DNA of 64,000 nucleotides from positions 1-64,000 of the forward strand of contig JAYZQJ010000022.1 of NCBI GenBank assembly GCA_036149055.1. Reading direction: 5' to 3'. The translations under genes were made by a program, and so were the position numbers. The notes beneath the pieces were generated by a model. It was not told where the DNA came from. It did no database searches and was given only the letters and a program-made list of their open reading frames with translations. Shown here piece by piece: positions 34,113-45,729 of this stretch (positions within the stretch are counted from its first letter, which is position 1; every line of letters starts with the position of its first letter). This DNA is from Myxococcota bacterium (lineage in GTDB: Bacteria > Myxococcota_A > Polyangia > Polyangiales > Sandaracinaceae).

Positions 34113-34388
34113 CAGCGAGGCTCCTTTCGACCGCGTCCGGCGGTACCCAGCGACTTACGGGGACGGCTCTGGCTCTGTGCCGTTCTGAGTCCCCGGGTAC
34201 GAAAATGTTCGTTCTTCAGTGGCAGCTGCGCGCGTTTTCCGTCGCCCCACCAGCAGGGCCGAGTTCTACCCGTCCGCGGGCCCCGAGGCCAGCGCGATCC
34301 GCACCCCGTGGTGGGGGACGGCGGACGATCTGAGAGGTCGACGAAGGAACGCATGACCGTCCCGGCATCACGCCGAAAACGACGACGG

Positions 34389-34418
34389 AAGCTACCGTAG
34401 GCATTCGAGGATTGTCAA
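34389..34418 (-). promoter_or_regulatory. Putative sigma70 promoter of the leftward motor operon
   Basis: TTGACA-N18-TAGCTT on the minus strand. Confidence 0.5.
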
Positions 34419-34615
34419 CGAGAGAGGCATCGGTCGCTCGTCCTCGACCAGGTACGGCGGGTCGCGGCGATCTTTTCGGAACCTCGTCGCGGTCGGGCAC
34501 TCTAACCCGCCACCTCGACGCGCCCCGGCGGCGCGACCTCGGGGATACCTTTTAACCCCCTGCGCGATCACGGGAGGCGGGATCGATGACGACTCATCGC
34601 AGGCTCAACTCGCTG

Positions 34616-34643
34616 TTGACTTGGCAGACGGGCCCTGTATCAT
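34616..34643 (+). promoter_or_regulatory. Putative sigma70 promoter of aglRQS
   Basis: TTGACT-N16-TATCAT. Confidence 0.55.
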
Positions 34644-34853
34644 CGCTCGCGCTGTCGAGGTCGATCCCCTTCCGGGGTGGCCTGGGCCGCAGCGACCTCA
34701 CTTCCACGGTAATGACTTGACCGGCGAGGCGCCGCGTGACTCTCGAGAGAGGACGCGGCCCCGCTCAGACGGCATTCGCGACCGCTCCGGTCGCTGAGAG
34801 CGTACTAGCAGGGCGCGACAGACGCGCAGGGTTTTGCAGGAGGACCAAGCATC

Positions 34854-35501
34854 ATGGCTACGCTGGCGCATCACTTCGAAGAAGGCGGCTGGGGCATGTA
34901 CCCCATCCTGGTGTGGCAGATCATCGCGATCGGCATCATCATCGAGCGCGCGATCTACCTGTACCGCAGCTCCATCAACAAGGACGTCTTCCTCGCCACG
35001 ATGCAGAAGTGCATCCTCGCGGGTGACGTCGCTCGCGCCATCAAGCTCTGCTCCGCCGCGAACGCGCCCCTCGCGCGCATCGTCAAGGCGGGCCTGATGA
35101 AGGTGAACCGGCCCGACGCCGAGGTGCAGGCGGCCATGGACGAGGCGGCCCTCCGGGAGCTGCCCAAGATCGAGAGCCGCACCGGCTACCTCGCGCTCCT
35201 CGCCAACCTCGCCATGCTCTCGGGCCTGCTCGGCACCGTGACCGGCCTCATCGTCGCGTTCGGCGCGGTCGCCAACGCGGACGGCGCCTCGAAGGCGACC
35301 ATGCTCGCGAAGGGCATCTCGGAGGCGATGAACTGCACCGCGTTCGGTCTGTTCGCCGCCATCCTCGCGCTCCTCGGCTTCGCCGTGCTCAACGGCAAGA
35401 CGCAGAGCCTGCTCGACGACATCAACGGCGCGACCGTCCAGGTGATGAACCTGGTCGTGAACAACCGCTCCAAGATCAACCTGCAGGGCGCGTCTGCATG
35501 A
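34854..35501 (+). CDS. aglR: Gliding motility motor subunit (MotA/TolQ/ExbB family)
   Basis: GMYPI, SINKD, EVQAAMDEA.LRE.PKIE.RTGYLA, GISEAMNCT resemble recalled M. xanthus AglR; AGGAGG RBS. Confidence 0.85.
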   Translation: MATLAHHFEEGGWGMYPILVWQIIAIGIIIERAIYLYRSSINKDVFLATMQKCILAGDVARAIKLCSAANAPLARIVKAGLMKVNRPDAEVQAAMDEAALRELPKIESRTGYLALLANLAMLSGLLGTVTGLIVAFGAVANADGASKATMLAKGISEAMNCTAFGLFAAILALLGFAVLNGKTQSLLDDINGATVQVMNLVVNNRSKINLQGASA

Positions 35502-35573
35502 TTCGCGGCGGGGCCCGCCGTCCGGTGGGCCCCACCCCGACTCGATCGATCCTCTGACCCACGGAGTACGGAC

Positions 35574-36044
35574 ATGGGTGGCGTAAGCGTCGAAGGCGGA
35601 CATGGTGGAAAGAAGAGCGTCGACAGCGAGATCCCGCTGGTCCCGTTCATCGATCTCCTCCTCTGCTGCATCATGTTCCTGCTCGTGACGGCGGTCTGGA
35701 ACAAGCTGGCCCGCATCGAGACCAACCAGCAGCAGCCGGGTCAGAACGCCCCCATGGACCAGCCGCAGGAGGAGCAGATCCGGCTCTTCGTGCACGTGTC
35801 CCCGACGGGCTACACGCTCTCCGACACGGCGGGCGTGCGGATCCAGATCGACAAGAACGGTGACGTGTACGACCAGGAGGGGCTCCGCGAGAAGCTGCGC
35901 GACCGTCGGCAGCAGGAGCCCAACCGTCGCGACCTCATCGTGACCGCCGACGACGGCGTCATCTACGAAGACATCGTCTCCGCGATGGATATCGTCGTGG
36001 GCGAGGGATACGAAGACATGTCGCTCACGCCCCCCCAGATGTGA
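35574..36044 (+). CDS. aglQ: Gliding motility motor subunit (ExbD/TolR family)
   Basis: GGKKSVD..FID..FLLVTAVW; second gene in R-Q-S order. Confidence 0.82.
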   Translation: MGGVSVEGGHGGKKSVDSEIPLVPFIDLLLCCIMFLLVTAVWNKLARIETNQQQPGQNAPMDQPQEEQIRLFVHVSPTGYTLSDTAGVRIQIDKNGDVYDQEGLREKLRDRRQQEPNRRDLIVTADDGVIYEDIVSAMDIVVGEGYEDMSLTPPQM

Positions 36045-36059
36045 GCGAGAGGGTTTCTG

Positions 36060-36611
36060 ATGTCGATTCACGCGCCCGGTAGAGTCCTCCTCCACAACAT
36101 CCCGCTGAAGTTCGTCCACGATCGCGTGGCCGGCGGCGGACGGAAGGGTGTCGACGTCGCGATCGCGCTCGTCCCCTTCATCGACTTCCTGATCACCCTG
36201 GTCGTCTTCCTCCTCACCTCGTTCAGCGCCTCCGGCGAGCTGCTCGCGCAGCGACCGAACCTGGTGATGCCCACGGCGGCGAACGTCATCGACCTCGAGA
36301 TCGCGCCCATCATCGCGATCGACCCGCAGATCGTGACGCTCGACAACCGCCGCATGGCGGACACCCAGACCCTCGCTTCGAACGCGCAGCTCGAGCGCAT
36401 CGAGCAGCTCGTGACCGATCTCGAGACGCTCAAGCGCAACTGGTCGGTGCTCCACCCCCGCGAGCCCTTCTCCGGCACGGTCATCCTGCAGGCCGACCGG
36501 AACGTGGACTTCCGCGTGGTGAAGAAGGTGATGTTCTCGGCCGCTCAGGCCGGCTACACGAACATCAGCTTCGCCGTGAACCAGGGCGGCGGCGGCGGCG
36601 GCGGCGAATAG
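36060..36611 (+). CDS. aglS: Gliding motility motor subunit (ExbD/TolR family)
   Basis: MSIHAPG, FSASGELL, ILQADRNVDFRVVKKVM. Confidence 0.82.
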   Translation: MSIHAPGRVLLHNIPLKFVHDRVAGGGRKGVDVAIALVPFIDFLITLVVFLLTSFSASGELLAQRPNLVMPTAANVIDLEIAPIIAIDPQIVTLDNRRMADTQTLASNAQLERIEQLVTDLETLKRNWSVLHPREPFSGTVILQADRNVDFRVVKKVMFSAAQAGYTNISFAVNQGGGGGGGE

Positions 36612-36644
36612 CCGTAGCCCCGTCGGCTCCGACCGACGGACATC

Positions 36645-37685
36645 ATGACCGACCCCAAGGGCCGTCCTCCGCTCGAGCCCGCGCGTCCCGACGTCGCGGA
36701 AGGCGAAGGGCGGCCTTCTTACGCGCCCCGCATCCCCTGGAAGTGGATCGTGATCGTGCTCGTCGGCGTCGGCGGGACCTTCGCGAGCTACTACGTCCGG
36801 CAGGATCAGCGGCACGAGGCGCTCCGCACGCAGATGCTCACCCTCCACGAGGAGGAGCTCGGCGAGATCGCGGAGCGCTACCTCGGCTTCCGCCGCGAGC
36901 TGACCGAGCTCGTGATGGAGGCGGCCGAGGAGGGCGCCGAAGAGACCTACGTCGATCCCCGGCTCAACATCGCCGGGCTGCGCTCGGGCGAGGGCCTCTA
37001 CCTCCGGATCTCCGCCGACTGGGCGGACAGCGCCGATCGGGTCGAGGGCGCGGCGATGGCCATGGAGTCGGACGCGATCACGCGCTGCCTCGGCATCGCC
37101 CCGATGAGCGCGCGCGGCCTCTGGGAGCGCGGTCACTTCCTCACTCCGGAGTACGTCGACACGATCCGCGAAGAGGACGAGGTGATGCAGCTCCGGGTGC
37201 TCGACGACCAGCTCGGGCGCCACGCCCAGGTCGACACCCCGGTGATCGCGAGCATGATGCAGGCGGACTGGTTCCTCCTGGTGCTCGAGCGCGGCGAGAA
37301 CCGCCGCGACCACCCGGTCGACGTCTTCCTCTGGGATCTCGATCGCGACCAGCTCCTCCTCCGGAGCCGCATCCAGGGCCGCGGCCTCCTCGTCCCGGTC
37401 CGCATCCGCTTCGAGGGCGTCGACAACCCCCGCTACGAAGGTCAGCCCCAGGTCCGATCGGGAGGCGCCACCGACTGCTCGATCGCCTCTCAGATCCTGG
37501 CGCTCACCGGGAGAGAGGGCGTCGAGTTCGAATCGGGAGACGCCCTCGCCGATCCCCCTCCTTCCTCAGATCCCTCCGCTCCGGAAGCCCCCGCCGAGCC
37601 TTCGGATCCCGCCGAGCCTTCGGCAGACTCCCCCGAGCCTTCGGCAGACTCCCCCGAGCCTCCGGACGACTCCCCCGAGCCCTAG
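36645..37685 (+). CDS. Single-pass membrane protein with Pro/Ser repeat tail
   Basis: N-terminal TM helix; C-terminal PSADSPE repeats (21-bp units). Confidence 0.75.
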   Translation: MTDPKGRPPLEPARPDVAEGEGRPSYAPRIPWKWIVIVLVGVGGTFASYYVRQDQRHEALRTQMLTLHEEELGEIAERYLGFRRELTELVMEAAEEGAEETYVDPRLNIAGLRSGEGLYLRISADWADSADRVEGAAMAMESDAITRCLGIAPMSARGLWERGHFLTPEYVDTIREEDEVMQLRVLDDQLGRHAQVDTPVIASMMQADWFLLVLERGENRRDHPVDVFLWDLDRDQLLLRSRIQGRGLLVPVRIRFEGVDNPRYEGQPQVRSGGATDCSIASQILALTGREGVEFESGDALADPPPSSDPSAPEAPAEPSDPAEPSADSPEPSADSPEPPDDSPEP

Positions 37686-37911
37686 GGAGACGGGAGAGAG
37701 GAGGGGGGAGGAAATGGCGACAACAGTCGCCATGGACCGGCGTGGGCGTGGGCCTGCGCGTGGGCGTGGGCCTGCGCGCCGTATTCGGCGCGCTTCCTCC
37801 TCGCCTCCCGCCTCCCGTCTCCCTCTTTCACGTCGCCCCTCCCTTCCTCGCTTCCACCCTTCCTCGCTTCCTGCGAGTGCGAGTGCGAGTGCGAGTGCGA
37901 GTGCGAGTGCG
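37685..37911. repeat. Intergenic inverted-repeat element plus (TGCGAG)6 microsatellite
   Basis: GGGAGACGGGAG...GGAGGAA (37685-37713) pairs imperfectly with TTCCTCC...CTCCCGTCTCCC (37794-37823); CCTTCCTCGCTTCC twice; hexamer run 37872-37907. Confidence 0.8.
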
Positions 37912-37935
37912 TGGGGAGAAAACGAAAGGGGGCAC

Positions 37936-39006
37936 TCAATCGCGGTTGGGCTCGAACCCGACCTTGAGGCGGCGGGCGACGGCGACCTGCTGGCGGCGCT
38001 TGTAGGCGTCGTGGGAGGCGTCGCCCATCTCGTTGGACTGCTCGGTCTCGCGGTCGATGATCTGGAACTCGGTCTGCCCGAAGATGACCGGGCCGAGGGC
38101 CCAGGCGGCGGGCGGGGCGGAGTCCATGACCTCGCGCGGGACGCGGACCGGCATGTCGACGACGAAGTGCACCACGCGGTAGCTCTTGGCGGTGAACTGG
38201 TTGTCGATGTGGAGGCCCTCGGTCTCCTCGAAGTCGGGGGCGAGCTGGGCCTGGGGCAGGAGCTGCGAGAGGTGCGGGTGGCCTTCGCAGGTGCGGCGGA
38301 ACGGGAAGAGCGTGTTCGTCGACTCCTTCGGCACCACGTAGTTGAAGGGGAAGACGTGCCGCATCAGGTAGTTCATCGTCGGGAAGATGTCTTCCGGAGC
38401 GCGGGTGACGATGCGGAAGCGGAGCTTGTCGTAGATCTGAGCGGCGTGGGTCTCGGGCTTGCTCAGGAGCTTCACGTAGAGCGAGTCCTTGTTCTTCCGG
38501 CCGCCGATGAACTCGAGGATGGGGAAGCCCTGGGCGAGCATGCCGCCGATCACCCGGTAGACCTTCTGCTCCACGAGGTGGAACAGCTCCTGGTCGGAGA
38601 TCGGGAGCATGAAGAGCAGCTCGCGGGCCTCGAGGTGATGGATGATGTGCATCACCTTCAAGATCGCGCAGGCGCAGAGCTGACGGTGGCCCTTGCTCGA
38701 GGCGAGCATCAGGAGCGCGGTCAGGTCCTTGTTCGCCACCGGCTTCGGGATCGGGAAGTCGAAGTTCCGGCGCAGGAAGCTGATCGCCGAGCTTTTGATC
38801 GCCTCGGCGCGCGCCCGATCGGCGGGCTGGTCCGGATCGAGCTCGTGGGAGCGGAGGAACTCGCGCGCCTCGTGCTCGTCCCGGAAGTTGAGCCGGTGCC
38901 AGTCGATGACCGAGCCGCCCCAGAGCACCAGACGGATCGCCTCGAGCTCGGCCAGGCTGAGGTGGTCGAGCGAGCGGAAGTCGTCGTTGGGCGGAGGGGT
39001 CGACAT
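37936..39006 (-). CDS. TIGR04552-like protein with RelA/SpoT-type nucleotidyltransferase motifs
   Basis: GSVIDWHRLNF, GRKNKDSLYVKL, IYDKLRFRIV, YRVVHFVVD, EFQI, SHDAYK. Confidence 0.8.
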   Translation of the reverse strand: MSTPPPNDDFRSLDHLSLAELEAIRLVLWGGSVIDWHRLNFRDEHEAREFLRSHELDPDQPADRARAEAIKSSAISFLRRNFDFPIPKPVANKDLTALLMLASSKGHRQLCACAILKVMHIIHHLEARELLFMLPISDQELFHLVEQKVYRVIGGMLAQGFPILEFIGGRKNKDSLYVKLLSKPETHAAQIYDKLRFRIVTRAPEDIFPTMNYLMRHVFPFNYVVPKESTNTLFPFRRTCEGHPHLSQLLPQAQLAPDFEETEGLHIDNQFTAKSYRVVHFVVDMPVRVPREVMDSAPPAAWALGPVIFGQTEFQIIDRETEQSNEMGDASHDAYKRRQQVAVARRLKVGFEPNRD

Positions 39007-39025
39007 GAGGAGCGACCCGGACGGG

Positions 39026-39223
39026 TCAGGAGGTCGTGGAGCCGGACGTGGAGGTCGAGGCCTCGGCGGAGCTGGTCACGCTCGTGCGCCCGAGCGCCAG
39101 CGTACCGAAGAAGATCCCGAAGGTGACGCCGAGGACGACGAGGTTACCCCAGAACGCCCCCTGACAGCCGGCGAGGCTGAGACCGACCAGGGCGAGCGTG
39201 ATGTTCGAGAGCTGCTTCGACAC
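39026..39223 (-). CDS. Small membrane lipoprotein (65 aa)
   Basis: GGAGG RBS 8 nt before GTG; lipobox LAGC; one further TM helix; Ser/Thr tail. Confidence 0.6.
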   Translation of the reverse strand: MSKQLSNITLALVGLSLAGCQGAFWGNLVVLGVTFGIFFGTLALGRTSVTSSAEASTSTSGSTTS

Positions 39224-39417
39224 GGGCACTACCTCCAGCGCGCTCATCGGGGACCGAATCGGTCCCACCTCATGCGACATGTGATGAGTTGTCGCACATG
39301 GGCGCGCCCAGCGTCCAGTTTCTACCAGGCGGAGCCGTCCCTGACCACGGATTTTTGGGTGGCCTCGGGGCCGCTCCGCTCTTGCTTATCTGGGCCGACG
39401 CGCGAGACTACAGCGCG

Positions 39418-41784
<2,367 letters not shown>

Positions 41785-41790
41785 TCGCTC

Positions 41791-44085
41791 TTGAGGCGCG
41801 TCCTCCGCCTGCGGTCCACCCGGGCCGCGCTCATCACCGCGTCCGTCGTGGCGCTGGGGCTCTGCCTCTCGCCGCTGCTCGGCGCGCCGGGCATCGAGAG
41901 CGCGGTCGTGTTCGGCCTCCTGCTCCCGCCCTTCGCGGGCGCGATCGGGGCGCGCATCGTCGACGCCCTCCGGAAGGAGGAGCGCGAGATCGAGCCGGCC
42001 GAGGTGCTCGCGGACGCGACGAGCGGGGCGGTGATCCTCGCCCTCGCGCCGCTCGGGATCCTGCTCCTCAACACGCTCCGCAACCCGGTCTGCGCCCCGC
42101 TCGAGGGCGTCGGGTTCTACGCGCTCGGGCCGTTCTTCTCCGCCGTGCTCTCGGCCGCGGTGGGCGTGCTCTGCGGCGCCGCCATCCCGCGCCCCCGGCT
42201 CGCGACCACCGTCGCCGCGCTCGCGCCGATCGTGCTCGCGCTCGTCGAGCTCTGGGGCTTCTACGCGACCCCCGCGATCTTCGCCTACGGGCACCTCTTC
42301 GGGTACTTCCCGGGCACCATCTACGACCCCGACATCACGCTCACGCCGACGTACGTGAGCTTTCGGGGGTTGAGCCTCGTCTGGCTGCTCGCCCTCTGGG
42401 GCGCGTTCACCACCGCCTGGAGCCCGAAGGCGGCGCGGCTCGACACCCTCACCGTCGGCCGCCGCTGGCGCCTCGGGCTCACCGCGGCCGGCCTCGCGCT
42501 CGCCGGCGTGTTCGGCATGGCCTACGGCCCCGAGCTCGGCCACCGCAGCACCGCGGAGTCCATCGCCGAGGCGCTCGGCGGGCGCACCGAGGGGGAGCGC
42601 TGCGTGCTCGTGCATCCGGCGGAGATGTCGCGCGCCGACGCGGCCCGGCTCGCGCGCGACTGCGACTTCCGGGTGCGCCAGATCGAGCAGGTCATGGGCG
42701 TGCGGCAGCCGGCGCCGATCACCGCGTACTTCTTCCGCTCGGCCGACGAGAAGCGCGCGCTCATGGGCGCGAGCAACACCTACATCGCGAAGCCATGGCG
42801 CCGCGAGGTCTACCTGCAGGTGCGCGAGTGGCCGCACCCGGTGCTCTTCCACGAGCTCGCCCACGTCGTCGCCGGCAACGTCGGGACCGGGCCCTTCCGG
42901 ATCGCCGGTACCCTCGGCGGGCTCCTGCCGTCGCCGGCCATCATCGAGGGCACGGCGGTGGCGGTGGCGTGGGAGCCGCGCGAGGGGCTGACCCCGCATC
43001 AGTGGGCCCGCGCGATGCTCGAGGTCGAGCTCGCGCCGCCGATGAGCGAGGTCGAGGGGCTCGCGTTCCTGCTCCAGCCGGCGAGCCGCGCCTACACCGC
43101 GAGCGGCTCGATGGTGCGCTGGATGGTCGACACCCGCGGCAGCGCCGCGCTCCGGCGCCTCTACATGACCGGCGACTGGGAGGCGGCGCTCGGCATGCCG
43201 CTCGAGGAGGCGGAGCGGGAGTGGCACCGCTTCCTGCGCGAGGAGGTGGAGCTGCCCGAGGAGGCGCGCGCCCTCGCCCAGCTCCGCTTCGAGCGCCCCG
43301 GCATCTGGGGGCAGATCTGCCCGCACCGGATCGCGAACCTGCGCGAGGAGCTCGGCGCCGAGCTGGGCGCGGGCGACGACGTGCGCGCGGCCGGCACCTG
43401 CCGCGAGATCCTCGACCTCGACGAGGGCCAGGCGGGCACCCGGGCGGCGCTGGTCGGCGCGCTCGCTCGGCTCGGTCGCCGGGAGGACGCGGAGGCGCAG
43501 CTGAGCGCGCTGGTCGGCCCGCCGTCCGCCGCGCCGCCGGTGATCCAGGAGGCCCGCCGTCAGCTCGCCGACGCGCTCTGGCGCCGCGGCCGCCGCGACG
43601 AGGCCGAGGCGATCTACGCGGCGCTGCTCGAGGAGCCGATGAGCGACGACGACCGCCGCCAGATCGCCGTCCGGCGGCTCGCGCTCGAGATGGGCGGCGC
43701 CGGCGAGGCGGCGCTGCGCGGCCTGCTGGTGCCGCGGCGAGACGCCCAGAGCGACGCGGCCACCGCGATGCACCACATCGCCCGCCTCTCCCGCGTCCGG
43801 GAGGACGGCCTCGCCGCCTACCTCGAGGCCCGGCAGCTCCAGTTCCGGCAGCGCTTCGATCTCGCCCTGCCGCTCATCGAGCGCGCCCGCGCCCGCGGCC
43901 TGCCCGACCCGCTCCTCGAGAGCGAGGCCCGTCGCATGGAGGCGATGATCCGCGTCGGCGCCGACGACCTCGACCGCGCCGCTACGCTGTGGCGGGAGAT
44001 CCGCGACGACCCCGCCTCCGACACCGGCGAGCGCGCCGAAGCCGAAGACTGGCTCCACCGCATCGTCTGGGCGCGCGCTCGCTGA
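41791..44085 (+). CDS. Multi-pass membrane protein with gluzincin-like peptidase motif and TPR-like C-terminus
   Basis: About 6 TM helices; HELAH followed by IIEG.A; helical repeats; 6 bp after lon. Confidence 0.75.
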   Translation: MRRVLRLRSTRAALITASVVALGLCLSPLLGAPGIESAVVFGLLLPPFAGAIGARIVDALRKEEREIEPAEVLADATSGAVILALAPLGILLLNTLRNPVCAPLEGVGFYALGPFFSAVLSAAVGVLCGAAIPRPRLATTVAALAPIVLALVELWGFYATPAIFAYGHLFGYFPGTIYDPDITLTPTYVSFRGLSLVWLLALWGAFTTAWSPKAARLDTLTVGRRWRLGLTAAGLALAGVFGMAYGPELGHRSTAESIAEALGGRTEGERCVLVHPAEMSRADAARLARDCDFRVRQIEQVMGVRQPAPITAYFFRSADEKRALMGASNTYIAKPWRREVYLQVREWPHPVLFHELAHVVAGNVGTGPFRIAGTLGGLLPSPAIIEGTAVAVAWEPREGLTPHQWARAMLEVELAPPMSEVEGLAFLLQPASRAYTASGSMVRWMVDTRGSAALRRLYMTGDWEAALGMPLEEAEREWHRFLREEVELPEEARALAQLRFERPGIWGQICPHRIANLREELGAELGAGDDVRAAGTCREILDLDEGQAGTRAALVGALARLGRREDAEAQLSALVGPPSAAPPVIQEARRQLADALWRRGRRDEAEAIYAALLEEPMSDDDRRQIAVRRLALEMGGAGEAALRGLLVPRRDAQSDAATAMHHIARLSRVREDGLAAYLEARQLQFRQRFDLALPLIERARARGLPDPLLESEARRMEAMIRVGADDLDRAATLWREIRDDPASDTGERAEAEDWLHRIVWARAR

Positions 44086-44117
44086 CCCTCTCGGGGGCGG
44101 GGCTCGGTCGGGGGTGG

Positions 44118-44820
44118 CTCTCGCCAAGGCGCGACGCCGGGAAGATGTTGGGGTGGCGGGTGGCCGTCGGGTTCTGGTTGCTGGTTGACCGGGCGGGTTT
44201 GGGGGACAACTAATTTCTCGCAGAGACGCAGAGGCGCAGAGGGTGGACGTGGCCTCGGGACGGCGCCTCGCCGGCGCGTGCCTGGACGACCACCGCTCGT
44301 CAGCTGTCTCTCGGCGTCAATTTTGCTCACGCAAAGACGCGAAGACGCAAAGGGGCGGGCGTGGCCTCGGGACGGCAGGCTCGCCGTCTCGTTCCGGGGC
44401 GCACGGCGCTCGGTAGCTGGGGGGCGGCGTAGGATTGGGGGCTCGCGGGCGCAGAGATGGGGCGTGGCCTCGGGACGACGCCTCGCCGGCGCGTGCCTGG
44501 ACGACCGCCGCTCGTCAGCTGCTTCTCCGCGTCAACTGTGCTCTCGCAAAGGCACGAAGCCGCAAAGATGCAGGTGGGGGCGGCGGGGTGGTGGCTGGCC
44601 GCCGGGTTCCGGCTTGCTGGTTGGTCGGGCGGCCTGGGGGACGATTAATTTCTCGCAGAGACGCAGAGGCGCAGAGACGGGGCGTGGCCTCGGGACGGCG
44701 CCTCGCCGGCGCGTGCCGGGTCGACCGCCGCTCGTCAGCTGTTCGTCGGCGTCAATTTTACTCACGCAAAGACGCAAAGACGCAACGGGGCGGGCTGGCC
44801 TCGGGACGGCAGGCTCGCCG
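44118..44820 (+). repeat. Array of seven ~100-115 bp repeat units with octamer-periodic core CGCA(G/A)AGA
   Basis: Cores at about 44118, 44217, 44326, 44442, 44541, 44652, 44761; 44201-44386 and 44636-44820 are near-identical. Confidence 0.9.
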
Positions 44821-45041
44821 CCTGGGGCCGGGCTGCCCGAACAAAGACACGAGCAAGACCGAGGTTGGTCCTCACGTACCGAGTCCTCACGTACCGAGCG
44901 GGGGAGGTGCCCGGGCAAGAGGCGACAGCCGCCGAGCGGACGCCGCCCACCCCGTCCTCCGCGAGCTCCCGCAGACGGGTCTCGAGCTCGTTGGTCTCGA
45001 GGTAGGCCACGTGACAACCTCAGGTGAGAAGGAGGACTACG

Positions 45042-45260
45042 GTGGAGAAGATCTCGAAGAGCAAGACGCCCAAGCACCGGATGGCGGACGACGAGGGCGA
45101 CGAGTTGGAGCTGGAACCCGACGGTGATGGCGGGCTCCTGCTGTCGCTGCGCGACAAGGCCGGCGCTCACGCCGACGCCGGGACCTGGGAGTGCTTCACG
45201 TTCACGCGCGAGACCTGGGCGGAGTTCGTGAAGGCGGGTGAGGCCCTCTTCGGCCGCTAG
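45042..45260 (+). CDS. Small protein with DUF397-like C-terminal motif
   Basis: AGGAGGA RBS, GTG start, GC3-rich codons; LSLRDK...FTFTRETWAEFV. Confidence 0.6.
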   Translation: MEKISKSKTPKHRMADDEGDELELEPDGDGGLLLSLRDKAGAHADAGTWECFTFTRETWAEFVKAGEALFGR

Positions 45261-45424
45261 CCCACCGACCCGACGTGCTGGATGTTCTGCTCGGCGACGA
45301 CCTCGCGAGGCTCGCCGGCCGGGCCCTCGTCTCGAAGGTCTTGCGGTCCTCGGCGACGCGGAGGAACGCGCGGCGAGGCACGTGCTTCGCTGCCGAGCTG
45401 GTGGAGGACGCGTAGGGCACGCCG

Positions 45425-45729
45425 GCCCCTTCGCGTCTTGGCGTCTTTGCGCGAGTAAAACTGACGCCGCTCCCCGGTCGCCAAACGGCGGGGCGTCGCG
45501 GCAACCGCCGGCGAGGTGCCATCCCGAGGCCACTCCACGTCTCTGCGCCTCTGCGCCTCTGCGTGAGTAAAATGGACGCGGGTTCACATCTGCCGAGCGG
45601 CGGGGCGCCCCGGCACGGGCGGGCGAGTCAGCCGTCCCGCGGCCGAGCCCGCCCCTTTGCGCCTTCGCGTCTTGGCGAGAGTAATTCGCGGCCGCCGAGC
45701 GGCGACGGCGAGGTGCCATCCCGCGGCCG
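45425..45729 (-). repeat. Three inverted copies of the same repeat family
   Basis: Cores at 45429-45455, 45541-45567, 45655-45681, e.g. CTCTGCGCCTCTGCGCCTCTGCGTGAG. Confidence 0.88.

Noticed and set aside
44118..44820. CRISPR array
   Set aside because: Cores are degenerate and non-palindromic, intervening sequences are mutually homologous and 70-90 bp long, and no cas genes are present.
44185..45027. ORFs spanning the repeat arrays (also 61480..62025)
   Set aside because: Translations only reflect the repeats (SQRRRGAE, RKDAK) and codon usage is non-genic.
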